The notes under the pieces are model-generated. The model did no database searches, had not been told where the DNA came from, and saw only the letters and a list, made by a program, of their open reading frames with translations. Positions 36,440 to 49,091 of a DNA stretch of 64,000 nt are shown here, one piece after another (positions within the stretch are counted from its first letter, which is position 1; each line of letters opens with the position of its first letter). This stretch comes from Mustelus asterias (Eukaryota), in contig NC_135805.1 in NCBI RefSeq assembly GCF_964213995.1, forward strand, positions 66,774,001 to 66,838,000, in the 5' to 3' direction. A program made the translations under genes and the position numbers.

Positions 36440-37379
36440 GGGCGGGATTTTACAGCCTCACTCGTCTTGAAACCGTAAAATCCTGCCCAAGGTCAACAGT
36501 CCTTTCCATGGTCCGCCTCACTCCTGCCCCGATTCCCGTGGTAAAGTATGACGTTGACAAGTGTGAGGTTATCCACTTTGGAAGGAATAATAGTAAAATG
36601 GACTATTATTTAAATGGTGAAAAATTACAACATGCTACTGTGCAGAGGGACCTGGGGGTCCTTGTGCATGAATCGCAAAAACTCAGTTTTTGTAGCAGGT
36701 GATCAAGAAGGCAAATGGAATGTTGACCTTTATCGCGAAGGGGATGGAGTATAAAAGCAGGGAGGTCTTGCTGCAATTGTACAAGGTACTGGTGAGGCCG
36801 CAACTCGAGTACTGTGTACAATTTTGGTCCCCTTATTTGCGGAAGGATATATTGGCCTTGGAGGGAGTACAGAGAAGGTTCACCAGGTTGATACCAGAGA
36901 TGAGGGGGTTAGCTTATGAGGAGAGATTGAATAGATTGGGCCTGGACTTGGTGGAGTTTAGAAGGCTGAGGGGAGATCTTATAGAGACATATAAGATAAT
37001 GAAGGGGCTAGACAGGGTAGAGGCAGAGAGATTCTTTCCACTTAGAAAGGAAACAAGAACTAGAGGACACTGCCTCAAAATAAGGGGGAGTCAGTTTAGA
37101 ACAGAGTTGAGGAGGAACTTCTTCTCTCAGAGAGTAGTGAATCTCTGGAATTCTCTGCCCATTGAAGCAGTGGAGGCTGCCTCGTTAAATATGTTTAAGT
37201 CACAGGTAGATAGATTGCTGATCAATAAGGGAATTAAGGGTTATGGGGAGTGGGCGGGTAAGTGGAACTAAACCACTATCAGATCAGCCACGATCTTATT
37301 GAATGGCAGGGCAGGCTCGAGGGGCTAGATGGCCTACTCCTGCTCCTATTTCTTATGTTCTTAAGGTAAAATACCGGCC
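36440..37379. mobile_element. Short MITE interrupted by CR1
   Basis: GGGCGGGATTTTAC start and GTAAAATACCGGCC end; homologous to 61185-61307 (reverse strand). Confidence 0.7.
36546..37362 (+). mobile_element. 5'-truncated CR1 LINE
   Basis: ORF 36699-37271 is the RT C-terminus; same subfamily as 2301-2870. Confidence 0.93.
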
Positions 37380-37857
37380 GTAATGTCTCATCTGAAAGGT
37401 GTTAGCTCATGATGTGAACTGTTGAATATTAAAGCCTGTATTGGGTATGTTGTAATTTAGTGTCCCCTCTGGGTGGAAAACTCTGTTTACCCTGGAACTC
37501 TCTGCCTAAGTTCTCAATACACAAGATTTTCTGAACCAAGGCTCAAATTTAAACAATTTACTCCACATTGTGTAAAATGACAGTGCTTCTAATGAAATAT
37601 TCAATCATAAACTGGTTTAACATATACAAATATCCCCGAAGGTCAGAAATTGAATTTCCTTGGATTTGCTGTTTCGCATTTCTCCCCAGTGTTCATTCTC
37701 TGAAGATGTGGTCCCAATGGCCCGATCAACCCTCATTTCATTAATCAAGAAACAGTTTTTCAGCATTTTTGAGGAGATCGGGAATGCTATCTGATAAATT
37801 ACTGACACGTTGTAACATAGTCCTGTACTGACCACTCATACTAACAATTAGATAGTT

Positions 37858-38135
37858 TCATAGATCATAGCCTCCCTACTGTGCAGAAGGAGGCCATTTG
37901 GCCCATCGGGTCTGGATTGACCACAATACCACCCAGGCCCTGTAACTCCACATATTTATCCTGCCATTTCCCCTGACACTAAGGGGCATTTTAGCATGGC
38001 CAATGAACCTAACCCGCACATCTTTGGAGTATGGGAGGAAACCTGAACACCCGGAGGAAATCCACGCAGACATGGGGAGAACATGCAGACTCCGCACAGA
38101 CAGTGATCCGAGGCCAGAATTGAACCCGTGTCGCT
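37858..38135 (-). mobile_element. HE1 V-SINE lacking its 5' end
   Basis: Core and tail homology. Confidence 0.85.
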
Positions 38136-38417
38136 GTCACTTCATGACAACCAGGAGTTGATCGCAATCCACTGTGGTTTAAGGGTATTATGATCAATTG
38201 TACCATCAGCTAACTCATCAGAATCCAGGGATTAAATATTGGACCTTTAGAGTCTGTATAGCTCAGCACAACATAGAACAGTGATTTACACTGCGAACCT
38301 GACAGCAAGTTTAAAAATTGTGTTTTATACTCTGAGGACCAAAATTATGAGATTGTGTTGAGGACAAGTTGGAGATAGGATTACCATATAGCTCAGGTTC
38401 TGCCTCCCATGTTTTAA

Positions 38418-38623
38418 TGATGCACTTTCATAGACTTCATTGGAAACACAAAAGGATTTATTAATTGTACAGCAGCCACATGGCTGTAACTAGCTTCCTA
38501 CACGTTCCTGCCCAAGAGGGCTCCATCAACCGGGTGATTCCCTACTCTGAGTCCCCCATCAGCTCCTCCCAAGCCAGGTGACCCTTATACTACAATGTTG
38601 CCCTTAAAGGGACAATCACCACA
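38418..38623 (-). mobile_element. Probable solo LTR
   Basis: Minus strand TGTGGTG...TGCATCA ends like the 20038 LTR; TATAA and AATAAA present; no clean TSD. Confidence 0.6.
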
Positions 38624-38648
38624 AATCACCATACATGCTTATTGTTGC

Positions 38649-38674
38649 CCAGTCCAACGCCGGCATCTCCACAT
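38649..38674 (+). mobile_element. 26-bp Penelope family A micro-insertion
   Basis: CCAGTCCAACGCCGGCATCTCCACAT between perfect 15-bp TSDs CATGCTTATTGTTGC (38634-38648 and 38675-38689). Confidence 0.85.
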
Positions 38675-39217
38675 CATGCTTATTGTTGCAACAGAGCCTT
38701 GCAATGTTGATCTTCTTAATGTTCACACTCCCCAATTGAGACTGATGATGCATCTCAGCTATCTTAGAATTCAGAAACAGAAATACAATACTGCATGTGC
38801 TGGAAATCTGCAATAAAAACAGAAGATGCTTGAAATATTTCTGATCAAAGATCATGGACATGAAATTTTAAATCTGTTAGTCACTGCACAGATACTGCCT
38901 GGCCTGCTGAATGTTTTCCAGCATTTTCAGTTATGATTCATGAACATTGGTGAAATCCAAGTTGTTTAGAATTATGCAACTGATTGAATTGATCATATTT
39001 ATGCATAAATTCAATGCATTTTCACAATGCGCAGCAGAAACTTCACTTAGTGAGTAGTGCAGATTGTGCAATTAACATCAGAGTGTAATCAGGTTGGAAA
39101 TAAATTCTGAAAATTTAGGTGACCCAGTTTACCAGCAGACCAATTGTTTAATGTTATCAGTTCCTGTATGTCAACAGCAAGCCACTTCCATTTAGCATCA
39201 ATGACCATAACTTCCCA

Positions 39218-39258
39218 GTAAGAAGTCTCACAACACCAGGTTAAAGTCCAAGCGGTCC
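39218..39258. mobile_element. 41-bp Penelope family A micro-insertion
   Basis: GTAAGAAGTCTCACAACACCAGGTTAAAGTCCAA... between 9-bp TSDs AACTTCCCA. Confidence 0.75.
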
Positions 39259-39391
39259 AACTTCCCACACAAGAGCCTTGAAAAAAACATTTTCTGTGCC
39301 CAAGCTCCCTGAGATTTGCACATTAAACCAACTTGTAAAGTTTGGCACACTATTTGTGGCTAGAGACTGTGATATCCTGCATGTGTTTCCT

Positions 39392-39905
39392 ATGATGTGG
39401 AGATACCGGCGTTGGACTGGAGTAAGCACAGTAAGAAGTCTCACAACAGCAGGTTAAAGTCCAACATGTTTATTTGGTAGCACAAGCTTTCGGAGCACTG
39501 CCCCTTCATCAGGTGAGTGGGAGTTCTGTTCACAAACAGGGCACATAAAGACACAAACTCAATTTACAAGATAATGGTTGGAATGCGAGTCTTTACAGGT
39601 AATCAAGTCTTAAAGGTACAGATAATGTGAGTGGAGAGAGGGTTAAGCATAGGTTAAAAAGGTGTGTATTGTCTCCAGCCAGGACAGTTAGTGAGACTTT
39701 GCAAGCCCAGGCAAGTCATGGGGGTTACAGATAGTGTGACATGAACCCAAGATCCCGGTTGAGGCCGTCCTCATGTGTGCGGAGCTTGGCTATCAGTCTC
39801 TGCTCAGCGATTCTGAGTTGTGTGTCGTGAAGCTGCCTTGGAGAACGCTTACCCGAAGATCAGAGGCTGAATGCCCTTGACTGCTGAAGTGTTCCCCGAC
39901 AGGAA
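39392..39905 (-). mobile_element. Penelope-like family A: GIY-YIG C-terminus, 3' UTR and hammerhead
   Basis: VGEHFSSQGHSASDLRVSVLQG...AEQRLIAKLRTHEDGLNRDLGFMSHYL-stop; canonical hammerhead core CTGATGA...GAAA at 39481-39515. Confidence 0.9.
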
Positions 39906-39921
39906 GGGAATACTCCTGCTC

Positions 39922-40208
39922 ATGGTAGCACAGTGGTTACCATCGCAGCCTCATAGCACCAGGGGCCCAGGTTCAATTCCTGGCTTGAATAACTGTCTGT
40001 GCAGAGTCTGCGTGTTTTCCCTGTATCTGTGTGGGTTTCCTCTGGATGCTCCGGTTTCCTCCCACAGTCTAAAAGACGTGCTGATTAGGTGCATTGGCTG
40101 TGCTTATTTCTCCCTCAGTTTATCTGAACAGGCACTGGAGTGTGGCGACCGGGGGATTTTCACAGTAACTTCATTGCAGTGTTAATTTAAACTTACTTAT
40201 GACACTAA
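39922..40208 (+). mobile_element. V-SINE variant with Rex1-like tail
   Basis: HE1 head and core plus the alternative tail. Confidence 0.82.
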
Positions 40209-40984
40209 CTGGGTGGACTGATTTCAAGACAAACCTGACCTCAGTTCTACTGTAGTGATGTGTGAAAGGTCAGTTTTGATACAACTGTTTGACGTTTGAC
40301 CTTTGGGTTACAATCTAAATTTGTGGCCTTGGTAACAGCTTTCCGCAATTCAAAACCGGAGCTGCCATTTGATACATTCCACTAGCTGATCTTCATCCTT
40401 TCATCCCAGCTTTTATTTACATTTACTCCTCCCACTCCCCTCACCCCAAACTTCTCTGAGCCATTTTCCAGAATTCAGGTAGATGTGTTAAACCCAGCAA
40501 ATAGTATGACTGAGCCTTCTAGCCCGATCATGACTGAACTGACCTCTCTTCATCCTTCAACACATCACTTGAAAAGAGTAGTGAAAGCTATTAAAAACCA
40601 ACATAGACCATCTAACAACAGACCACAAGAAACTATAAAGGGTCGTGAACATAGCCCAGCCCATCATGCTTAGAGTCATAGAGGTTTACAGCATGGAAGC
40701 AGGCCCTTCGACCCAACTTGTCCATGCTGCCTTTTTTTTTAAACCCCTAAGCTGGTCCCAACTGCCCGCTTTTGGCCCATATCCTTCTGTACCCATCTTA
40801 CCCATGTAACTGTCTAAATGCTTTTTAAAAGACAAAATTGTCCCTGCCTCTACTACTACTTTTGGCAGCTTGTTCCAGACACTCACCACCCTCTGTGTGA
40901 AAAAATTGCCCCTCTGGACAGTTTTGTATTTCTCCCCTCTCACCTTAAACCTATGCCCTCTAGTTTTAGACTCCCCTACCTTTG

Positions 40985-41323
40985 AATCATAGAAATCATA
41001 AAAACCCTACAGTACAGAAAGAGGCCATTCGGCCCATCGAGTCTGCACCGACCACAATCCCACCCAGGCCCTACCCCCATATCCTACCCACTAATCCCTC
41101 TAACCTACACATCTCAGGACGCTAAGGGGCAATTTAAGCATGGCCAATCAACCTAACCCGCACATCTTTGGAATGTGGGAGGAAACCGGAGCACCCGGAG
41201 GAAACCCACGCAGACACGACGAGAATGTGCAAACTCCACACAGACAGTGACCTAAGCCGGGAATCGAACCCAGGTCCCTGGAGCTGTGAAGCAGCAGTGC
41301 TAACCACTGTGCTACCGCGCCGC
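40985..41323 (-). mobile_element. Young HE1 V-SINE
   Basis: Full-length, inside CR1. Confidence 0.92.
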
Positions 41324-41828
41324 CCTTTTGGGAAAAGATATTGACTATCTAGCTGATCTATGCCCCTCATTATTTTATAGACCTCTATCAGATCATCTCT
41401 CAGCCTTCTCCGCTCCAGAGAAAAAAGTCCCAGTCTATCCAGCCTCTCCTTATAACTCAAATGATCATGTCCCGGTAGCATCCTAGTAAATCTTTTCTGC
41501 ATTCTTTCTAATTTAATAATATCCTTTCTATAATAGGGTGACCAGATCTGTACACAGTATTCCAAGTGTGGCCTTACCAATGTCTTGTACAACTTCAACA
41601 AGATGTCCCAACTCCGGTTCTGATCAATGAAACCCGAGCATGCTGAATGCCTTCTTTGCCACTCTGTCCACCTGTGACTCCACTTTCAAGGAGCTATGAA
41701 TCTGTGCCCCTAGATCTCTTTGTTCTGTAACTCTCCCCAGTGCCCTACCATTAACTGAGTAAGTCCTGCCCAGGTTCAATCTACCAAAATGCATCACCTC
41801 GCATTTATCTAAATTAAATTATTTATCG

Positions 41829-42175
41829 GGCGGCACGGTAGCACAGTGGTTAGCACTGCTGCTTCACAGCTCCAGGGACCTGGGTTCGATTCCCGGCTTG
41901 GGTCACTGTCTGTGTGGAGTTTGCACATTCTCCTCGTGTCTGCGTGGGTTTCCTCCGGGTGCTCTGGTTTCCTCCCACAGTCCAAAGATGTGCGGGTTAG
42001 GTTGATTGGCCATGCTAAAAATTGCCCTTAGTGTCCTGAGATGCGTAGGTTAGAGGGATTAGCGGGTAAAATATGTAGGGATATGGGGGTAGGGCCTGGG
42101 TGGGTTTGTGGTCGGTGCAGACTCGATAGGCCAAATGGCCTCTTTCTGTACTGTAGGGTTTCTATGTTTCTATGT
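41829..42175 (+). mobile_element. Young HE1 V-SINE
   Basis: GGGCGGCACGGTAGCACAGTGG (A box) and GGTTCGATTCC (B box); TTAAA at both junctions. Confidence 0.93.
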
Positions 42176-43129
42176 TAAACTCCATCTGCCATTCGTCAGC
42201 CCACTAGCCCAATTGATCAAGATCCCGTTGCAATCTGAGATAACCTTGTTCACTGTCCACTATGCCACCAATCTTGGTGTCATTTGCAAACTTACTAACC
42301 ATGCCTCCTATATTCTCATCCAAATCATTGATATAAATGACAAATAACAGTGGACCCAGCAGTGATCCCAATGCAGACGAGCTTCTCATCCATTGACTCT
42401 GTCTACACTTCTCGCTGCCTCGGAAAAGCGGCCAGCATAATCAAGGAACCCACGCATCCTGGACATACTCTCTTCCACCTTCTTCCGCCTTCTTCCATTG
42501 GGAAAAAGACACAAAAGTCTGAGATCATGTACCAACCAACTCAAGAACAGTTTCTTCCCTGCTGCCATCAGACTTTTGAATGGACCTACCATATATTAAG
42601 TTGATCTTTCGCCACACCCTAGCTGTGAATATATTCTGCACCCTCTTGTTTCCTTCTCCCCATGTACTCTATGAACAGTATTCTTTGTCTGTACGATGCG
42701 CAAGAAACAATATTTTTCACTGTATACCATGTGATGATAATAAATCAAATCAAATCAAATCAAACTGATCACTCAAAAATGGTTCCGAATATAGGTCCAT
42801 GGCATGCAGTTATGCAGAAACTACAGTGGGTGTTGGTATTTAAGCCTGCTGCTACATCAAACAATCTAGCTCGAAGAGTGAAAACTTAACAAATATTATT
42901 GGTTTTAAAACTGTTTATGTGATTTTTGCTATTACATTAAGACATTCACCTCCACCCCCCACCCACCGCTACCCCTCTCACATCTCAGTTCAATTGACCA
43001 CTCCTCTTCTCCAGTTCTTCCCTCACTGCCACTCCTCCTTCCTCCTTGTTACGAATCTGCAAAGTTTATATTCCACCACATCCCTGCACATTCCTGATCT
43101 TGAAAATTATTGCAGTCCCCAAAACTCTT

Positions 43130-44560
43130 GACTCCCTTGTCCGTAAACAATACTCTAGGTGTGGTCTCACCAATGCCCTGTACAGTTGTAGCAAGACTTC
43201 CTTACTTTTATTCACCGACCCCCTTACAATAAAGGCTAACATTACATTCGCCTTCTTAATTAATAGCTGTATAGGCATGCTGACATTTTGTGCTTCATAA
43301 ACAAGGGACACCCAGGTTCCATTGTATCACAGCATTCTGCATTCTCTTTCCATTTAAACAATACTTTGTTTTTCTATTCCTCCAGCCAACCTTACATTTT
43401 CTCACATTGTACTCAATCTGCCAAATTTTTCCCACGTTATCTATGTCCTATAGTGGCTTGGTAGTAAAGCTCCTGGGTATTGCTGAAAATAGAGACGTGG
43501 TGTCAAATATTTTCATCTTGCGCTTATCAGGGCACATGCAAGAATGCAACATTTCAAAGGGAATAACAATTTATACTGCAAGAGAAAGGGAATGCTGATG
43601 GATGGGCAAGTTACTGATACATTGCTAAGGAGAATGCACCAAGAAGCATTGCCCACCATGTTTGAATGAACATAAACAAAATGGTATTATGTTGGCAGTT
43701 TTCCAGTACTGGGACCATGCTAGAATCTAAGGTAAACACAGAAAGAAAAGTCCTGTTCAAAGTGTCTATCATTTCTTTGTTTCCCTTATTAACTCCCAGT
43801 TTCACCCATGGAGGGACCAAAATTTACTTCAGCTACTCTCTTCTTTTTTCTATACTTGTAGAGGCTTTTACATTCTTTTTTTGATATTTCTTCCCCCATT
43901 TTCTCTCATACTCCAATTTCTCCCTTTTTTAGTCATCCTTTGCTGGTTTCTAAATTTTTCCCAATCCTTTTGGCAACTACTAATCTTTTCAGCAGCGCAC
44001 ATCTTTTTTTCCAATTTGATATAATTCTCAACCTCCTTAGTTAACCATGGATGAAGCATGCTTCTCAAAGTGCTTTTCTTTCTAAATGGAATATATCTTT
44101 ATAATTCCTTAAATATCTGCCACTGCTTTTCTAACATCTTACCTTTTAACTTAATTTCTCATTCCGTTTTCACCCACTCTGTCATCATACCTTGTAATTG
44201 CCTTTATTTACGGTTAAGACAATAGTTTCAGACCCATGCTCAAACTGAATATGAAATTCTATAACGTTATGATCACCCTTACTGATCGGATCCTTTACCA
44301 CGAGGTCATCAATTAATTCTGTCTCATTACATTGACTAAAAGAGCCTGTTCCCTCGTTGATTGCAGACATATTATTCTAAGAAACTATTTCAAATATATT
44401 CTATTAACTCATCCTCCGAGCTACTTTTGCCAATTTGGTTTGTCTAGTCCGTGTGAAGAGTAAAATTTCCCACAATTATAGCATGCCTTTCTTACAAGCT
44501 GCCATTATTTATTGATTTATACTCTACTACCCTGCAGTGTAGCTCAGTGCTTTCCCAGTT
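43130..44560 (-). mobile_element. Old CR1 ORF2 fragments
   Basis: [18 protein letters not shown]; PWLTKEV; GDHNVIEF. Confidence 0.8.
43470..43700 (-). mobile_element. Diverged Penelope-like family C terminus
   Basis: Minus strand CCTGATAAGCGCAAGATGAAAATATTTGACA...TTTTCAGCAATAC, homologous to 22291-22349. Confidence 0.55.
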
Positions 44561-45934
44561 TTTTCCTGCTATGGCCCTATTTTAATGCTTAACACTTGGT
44601 TAAGTGATTCTAGAGTGAAAATTGCAGGGTGGTGAGTTCTGACTGAAGGGCGGAAAGGTGGATGGTAGGGCAAGGGGGTGGTATTCAAATTGCAGGAGTA
44701 CGGCATGAAAACTCTAAAGCAACAACCACTTTGCAAGCTCTGTTGGTAGCAGATATCAGGCATCACAGCTCACTTCATTAGGCCATACCCACTGGCAAAA
44801 AATAAACGCACACACATTTAAAGGGGTCTGACAAACAACCCCCCGAATGTTAAAGCTGAATCTCCGCTTCAATTCCAAAACTTAAAGAAATTATGCTCCA
44901 AGTTTTCATGGCTTAAAGCACATGAAATTTACTATACAGGAAACAAGTAAAGTAAACACTACTAAATAAACACTATCTTAGGTGAAATACTTATACTTTA
45001 CATTGAACAGCATAATAGACTACAATCATACACATTTAAGCTAAAAATCTCAACGGAACTACCTTTTTTCTTTATAACTTCTCAAAAAATCATTGGCTAC
45101 TTATCAGGCTCTTGAATGCTCATTCACTTTTCCCAATGGCATGTCACAGCCCTCTGAAATTCACTTTGATCTCTCCTCAGTGTTTCAGTTATTCTCTGAG
45201 GTATGAAATTTCATGGGGATCCTTCCATTGGCTTTTGGCTATGTGATCCTGAAAATTCTATTCAAAATCTTATGACTGTGGACTTCTGTGCTCAAATGTA
45301 GGCTTTACTATATTCTTTTTAAATGTCTCACCCTCAGAAATAATCCTGATTTCTGATAGCTTCTGGTCTACACCTGCTTTACAGCTCTTAGCACAATCTT
45401 TTCTGCCTGCTGAATTCAGGGTATGCACCCACCAACGTGAATGGTTTCAGCTCCAAACTCAAAGATCTTCTGAAAAAAAACTCCCAGTCAATTTACCAGA
45501 ATTCCAACCAAGGCTGTATCCTGAATTACTCATCTCTAAGGCAACAGAGGTTAGTTGGGATATCTGATGGATTTTTAAATTAATTAACTTTTTATTTTCA
45601 AACTCAAACATTTGAATCTGGGACCCACCTGAATAATTTAAAATTTCTAATTAAGTCAGGGGAGTTCTCCTCCGATTCACTCTCTGCAGTTCCCCGGCTA
45701 AATGAAGGTCACCTGCTGTTTTTAAGACTTTCACCCCTCACCTTTGTTCACGAAACCCTTTGATCTGTCATTATTTGAGGTATACTGGCTATTTCTAAAG
45801 TTCAGCATTTCATCTTACTAATAAAACTTCAATCCCAAAACTAAAAGTTACCTCCAAAATATTACTATGAGCCATGAACCAGATGATTATGACACTAGCT
45901 GCTCATACTCACACAGCAAGACTTCCTTCTTAGG

Positions 45935-46080
45935 CCTGCTTATGTTATTGGTACCCACATGAACCATGACGACTGGATCCTTCCCCTCCCATTCCAGGTT
46001 CCTCTGCAGGAGATATCTTTAACCCTGTCACCAGGCAAACAACAGAGCCTTTTGGACTCCTGCTTTTGGCTGCAGAGAAG
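45935..46080 (-). mobile_element. CR1 ORF1 SGNH-esterase fragment
   Basis: RLCCLPGDRVKDI, frameshifting to EGKDPVVMVHVGTNN. Confidence 0.75.
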
Positions 46081-46459
46081 CTGAGCAGACTTCAGTGGAT
46101 ATGGTGGATAACAGTTTTCGCCCTTCACCACCAGATTTTGCTGGAGCACCTAAAAACTTATATGGTCTTTTCTCATTGCTGAAACTGATCACTATGCCAG
46201 GAACACTCTGGATTGCAAAGATAACCCCTGACTTCTTTTCTATTCTGCAAATGTCTTCCCGCTGTTTCCTCCGCTCTGAACTCCAACAGGAAATGCGAGG
46301 AGCTCACGGATATCTTTGTCACTAAGTTGGAGACCGTCCAGTCAGCTGCCTCTGCCACTTCCCTCCCTTCTCCCAGCCCATAGGACCAAACACTCTCTAA
46401 ACCTACCCCCTCCCCCACCACTGAATGCCCCAGTGCCGCTACCTCTTATACCTGTCTCT

Positions 46460-46540
46460 AGTGGCGACTAGGCGATTTTCACAGTAACTTCATTGCAGTG
46501 TTAATGTAAGCCTACTTGTGACACTAATAAATAAACTTTA
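46460..46540 (+). mobile_element. Tail-only copy of the Rex1-tailed V-SINE
   Basis: GTGGCGACTAGG...CTTGTGACACTAATAAATAAACTTTA. Confidence 0.8.
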
Positions 46541-46810
46541 GTTTCACTTCTATCACCTCTCGTTCCTTGAGCAAACTCATCTTGTGCATGAATCCCTCCT
46601 TTTGTTTGGTTATCGCTATTTCCACTAACTAGCTGAGCCTCCCTTCCTGACTGGTATGTTAACACTTCTCTCTCTCTCTCCAAATACTTTTCCTCTGTCC
46701 TTCAAATCCGCCATCCTCACCCCACTCTTCAAAAACCAAACTCTTGACATCTCTGTCCATGCAAACTATTGTCCTATCTGAAATTTATTTTTCCTCTGCA
46801 AAGTCCATGA

Positions 46811-47470
46811 GGGCGATTCTCCCATCCCGCTGCGCTGCTTTTGTAGCATAGTGAACCGGGAGACATCAGTGGCGGCTGATTCACGGGACTCGCGCTGGGC
46901 GTCCGGGCCTCTGTGCATCTCCCAGCTTAAGTTTTTTCGCATCAATGGATCCACGCTGAAAATCAGCGTAATGGCGATTTGCGTTCATTAACATACCTTA
47001 GCATGCTATTAGCGGGTCCGTGACAAGAATCTCCGCCTCCGCTAGCATCTCCCCCAAATCTGGAGTGATGTCACACTGGTGGAGTTTACAACTGCTCCAT
47101 AAAAGCCGGGAATTGGCGTGGCAGCATTGAACATGAGTAAGGAAGTAAGTTTCATGGAGCTGCAGCCCCAGATTGCGGGCGAGGTTGGAGGGAGGGCCAG
47201 GAATTTTCTGCTTGGTGTGGGGAAGTTCCTGGAGAGCTAGAAGTGCTGTCCCCAGGCTCATGTCCCATGTTGTCTCTGTGGGATGGAGTGGGGCCCTTTA
47301 CTGAGTGCTGGTCAGGCTGCTGTCTACAGCCACTGGGCTGTTCCATTTGGGTGGGGTCCTTTACTAAGTGCTGTTCAGGCTGGGCTGTTACATTGTTCTG
47401 GCTGTGGGGTGTGGTGAGGGACTGGATTGGACTGACTGGTGGGGTTTTGCGGGGGGAGGCGGGATGGGGA
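46811..47470. mobile_element. Harbinger-like MITE (CpG-rich, one end)
   Basis: GGGCGATTCTCCCATCCCGCTGC terminus shared with the 22035 and 53389 ends. Confidence 0.6.
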
Positions 47471-47572
47471 AGTGCACCTTCCCCACCCTCTCTCAGCACA
47501 TAACCCACCCTCTCTTAACCCATCCCCCATCCTTCCCCACTTTCTCTCAGCACATCCTCCCACTCTTCCCCG

Positions 47573-47741
47573 CATTAAGTTGATCTTTCTCTACACCCTA
47601 GCTATGACTGGAACACTAAATTCTGCACTCTCTCGTTTCCCTCTCTCTGAACAGTATGCTTTGTCTGTATAGCGCACAAGAAACAATACTTTTCACTGTA
47701 TACTAATACATGTGACAATAATAAATCAAATCAAATCAAAT
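47573..47741 (+). mobile_element. Rex1 3' UTR
   Basis: TTCACTGTATACTAATACATGTGACAATAATAAAT(CAAAT)n. Confidence 0.88.
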
Positions 47742-49091
47742 CGTCCACCTCCAATGACTCTCCAATGTCATCCAGCTGGGTGCAACTGCTCTCACGTTAT
47801 TCCATTTTTACCTGTCTAATTGTAGTCAGATAATTATTTGCAATGGCTTCTCTTCCTGCTTCCACACTGTTAGCTCTGGTGACCCCCAAGGATCTATTGT
47901 TGTACCCTTCTATTTCTCAACTACATTCTGCCCCTTGGCAACATCATCCGAAGGTACAGCATTAGTTTTCACATATATACTGATGACTCCCAGCTCTACC
48001 TCACTGCCCTCTGCCTGGACCCCTCCAATGTTGATAAATTATCAAACAGCTTATCCAACATGCAGCGCTAAATGAGCAGAAATTTTCTCCAATTAAATAT
48101 TGGGAAGACAGAAGTCATCATTTTTGGTCGCGCTCCAAATTCTGTTCCCGAGCCCATCGCTCTCCCTGACAGCAATCTGAACTTAAGCCAATTATGTTGG
48201 TCAAATACTGAAGGCCACTTGAGGCTTCTCCATTCATTCTCAGATGAAATATGAAGAGTCCTGCAATTTGTGTGGCTCACGTGCACAGATCACCTACCTT
48301 GCAAAATAATTTAGAAACAGCACTTAGTTCACAGGATTCCAGGAGAGTGAAAATGAATTTCAGTTTAAAATATATTTCCGTGTGTCTCCCCCACAACCCC
48401 ACCCCCAACACCCCCCCTGCCCCCACCCGATGAGAAAACAAAATAGCTCTAATTCAGTTCATGAAAATTTTCTTGACATTCACTGAAATGTGTTTTGTAG
48501 CAAGTATCTTTTAAGAGGTGGGCAGTTGGTCAACTGGACTCCAATTTACTTGCTTACTGAAACAGGGTCGACTTCAGTGATTCTCACTTGCTGTACTACA
48601 TTTTTGTTGGCTGTACTCCCTACAGGATCTCATGTATTTGTTTAAAGTAATTTACACTCACAGTAGCACTACAAATTAGATGTGAAGATAGATAAAAAGT
48701 TAATGTGTATGTTTTGAATTTTTTTCATCACGACCAACATTAGAAAATTCTCTTCTGAGCTGACCTTGCAAAGACACCACTTGATGCAACATCGAGCCAT
48801 ACAAAGCAGAGTTTGATTAGCATAGTGAACGTAGCTAAGGTAGCAATTCAGGCCTAGCAGTTAAGGCTCCTTAACCTGTCACAGTGACCCTGAGCTTGGG
48901 TGGGATGAAATCCACAGGATTCTCATTCCTGATTGCTGTATAGTGATCCCTACTTGAAAATGAGTGTTGAGTGGGACAGAATCTGGCTTTGCTGTGATGC
49001 CTCTATGGTTAAGCAGCTCATCGTCAAATGTTAAAAAGCAGAATTTCACAATATGACAGGCAGTACCTTTCTGGCTCCACATGAGCATACA

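Larger units (their letters stand above)
40669..42366 (-). mobile_element. CR1 LINE (RT to 3' tail) carrying two SINE insertions
   Basis: GSLLGPLLFVIYINDLD, KFANDTK, EYCVQIWSPY, FFTQRVVSVWNKLP. Confidence 0.92.
40620..42764 (+). mobile_element. Rex1 3' end split by a CR1 insertion
   Basis: GACCACAAGAAACTA...CCCATCATGC resumes at about 42370 as ATGCAGACGAGCTTCTCATCCATTGACTC; (AAATC)n tail. Confidence 0.8.
46190..48190 (+). mobile_element. Old L2 LINE RT, interrupted
   Basis: FKSAILTPLFK..LD.SV.ANY.PI; SG.PQGSI; FHIYTDDSQLY; NFLQLNIGKTEVI. Confidence 0.8.

Noticed and set aside
41829-41900. tRNA-like sequences with A and B boxes
   Set aside because: These are SINE heads continuing into the V-domain, not tRNA genes.
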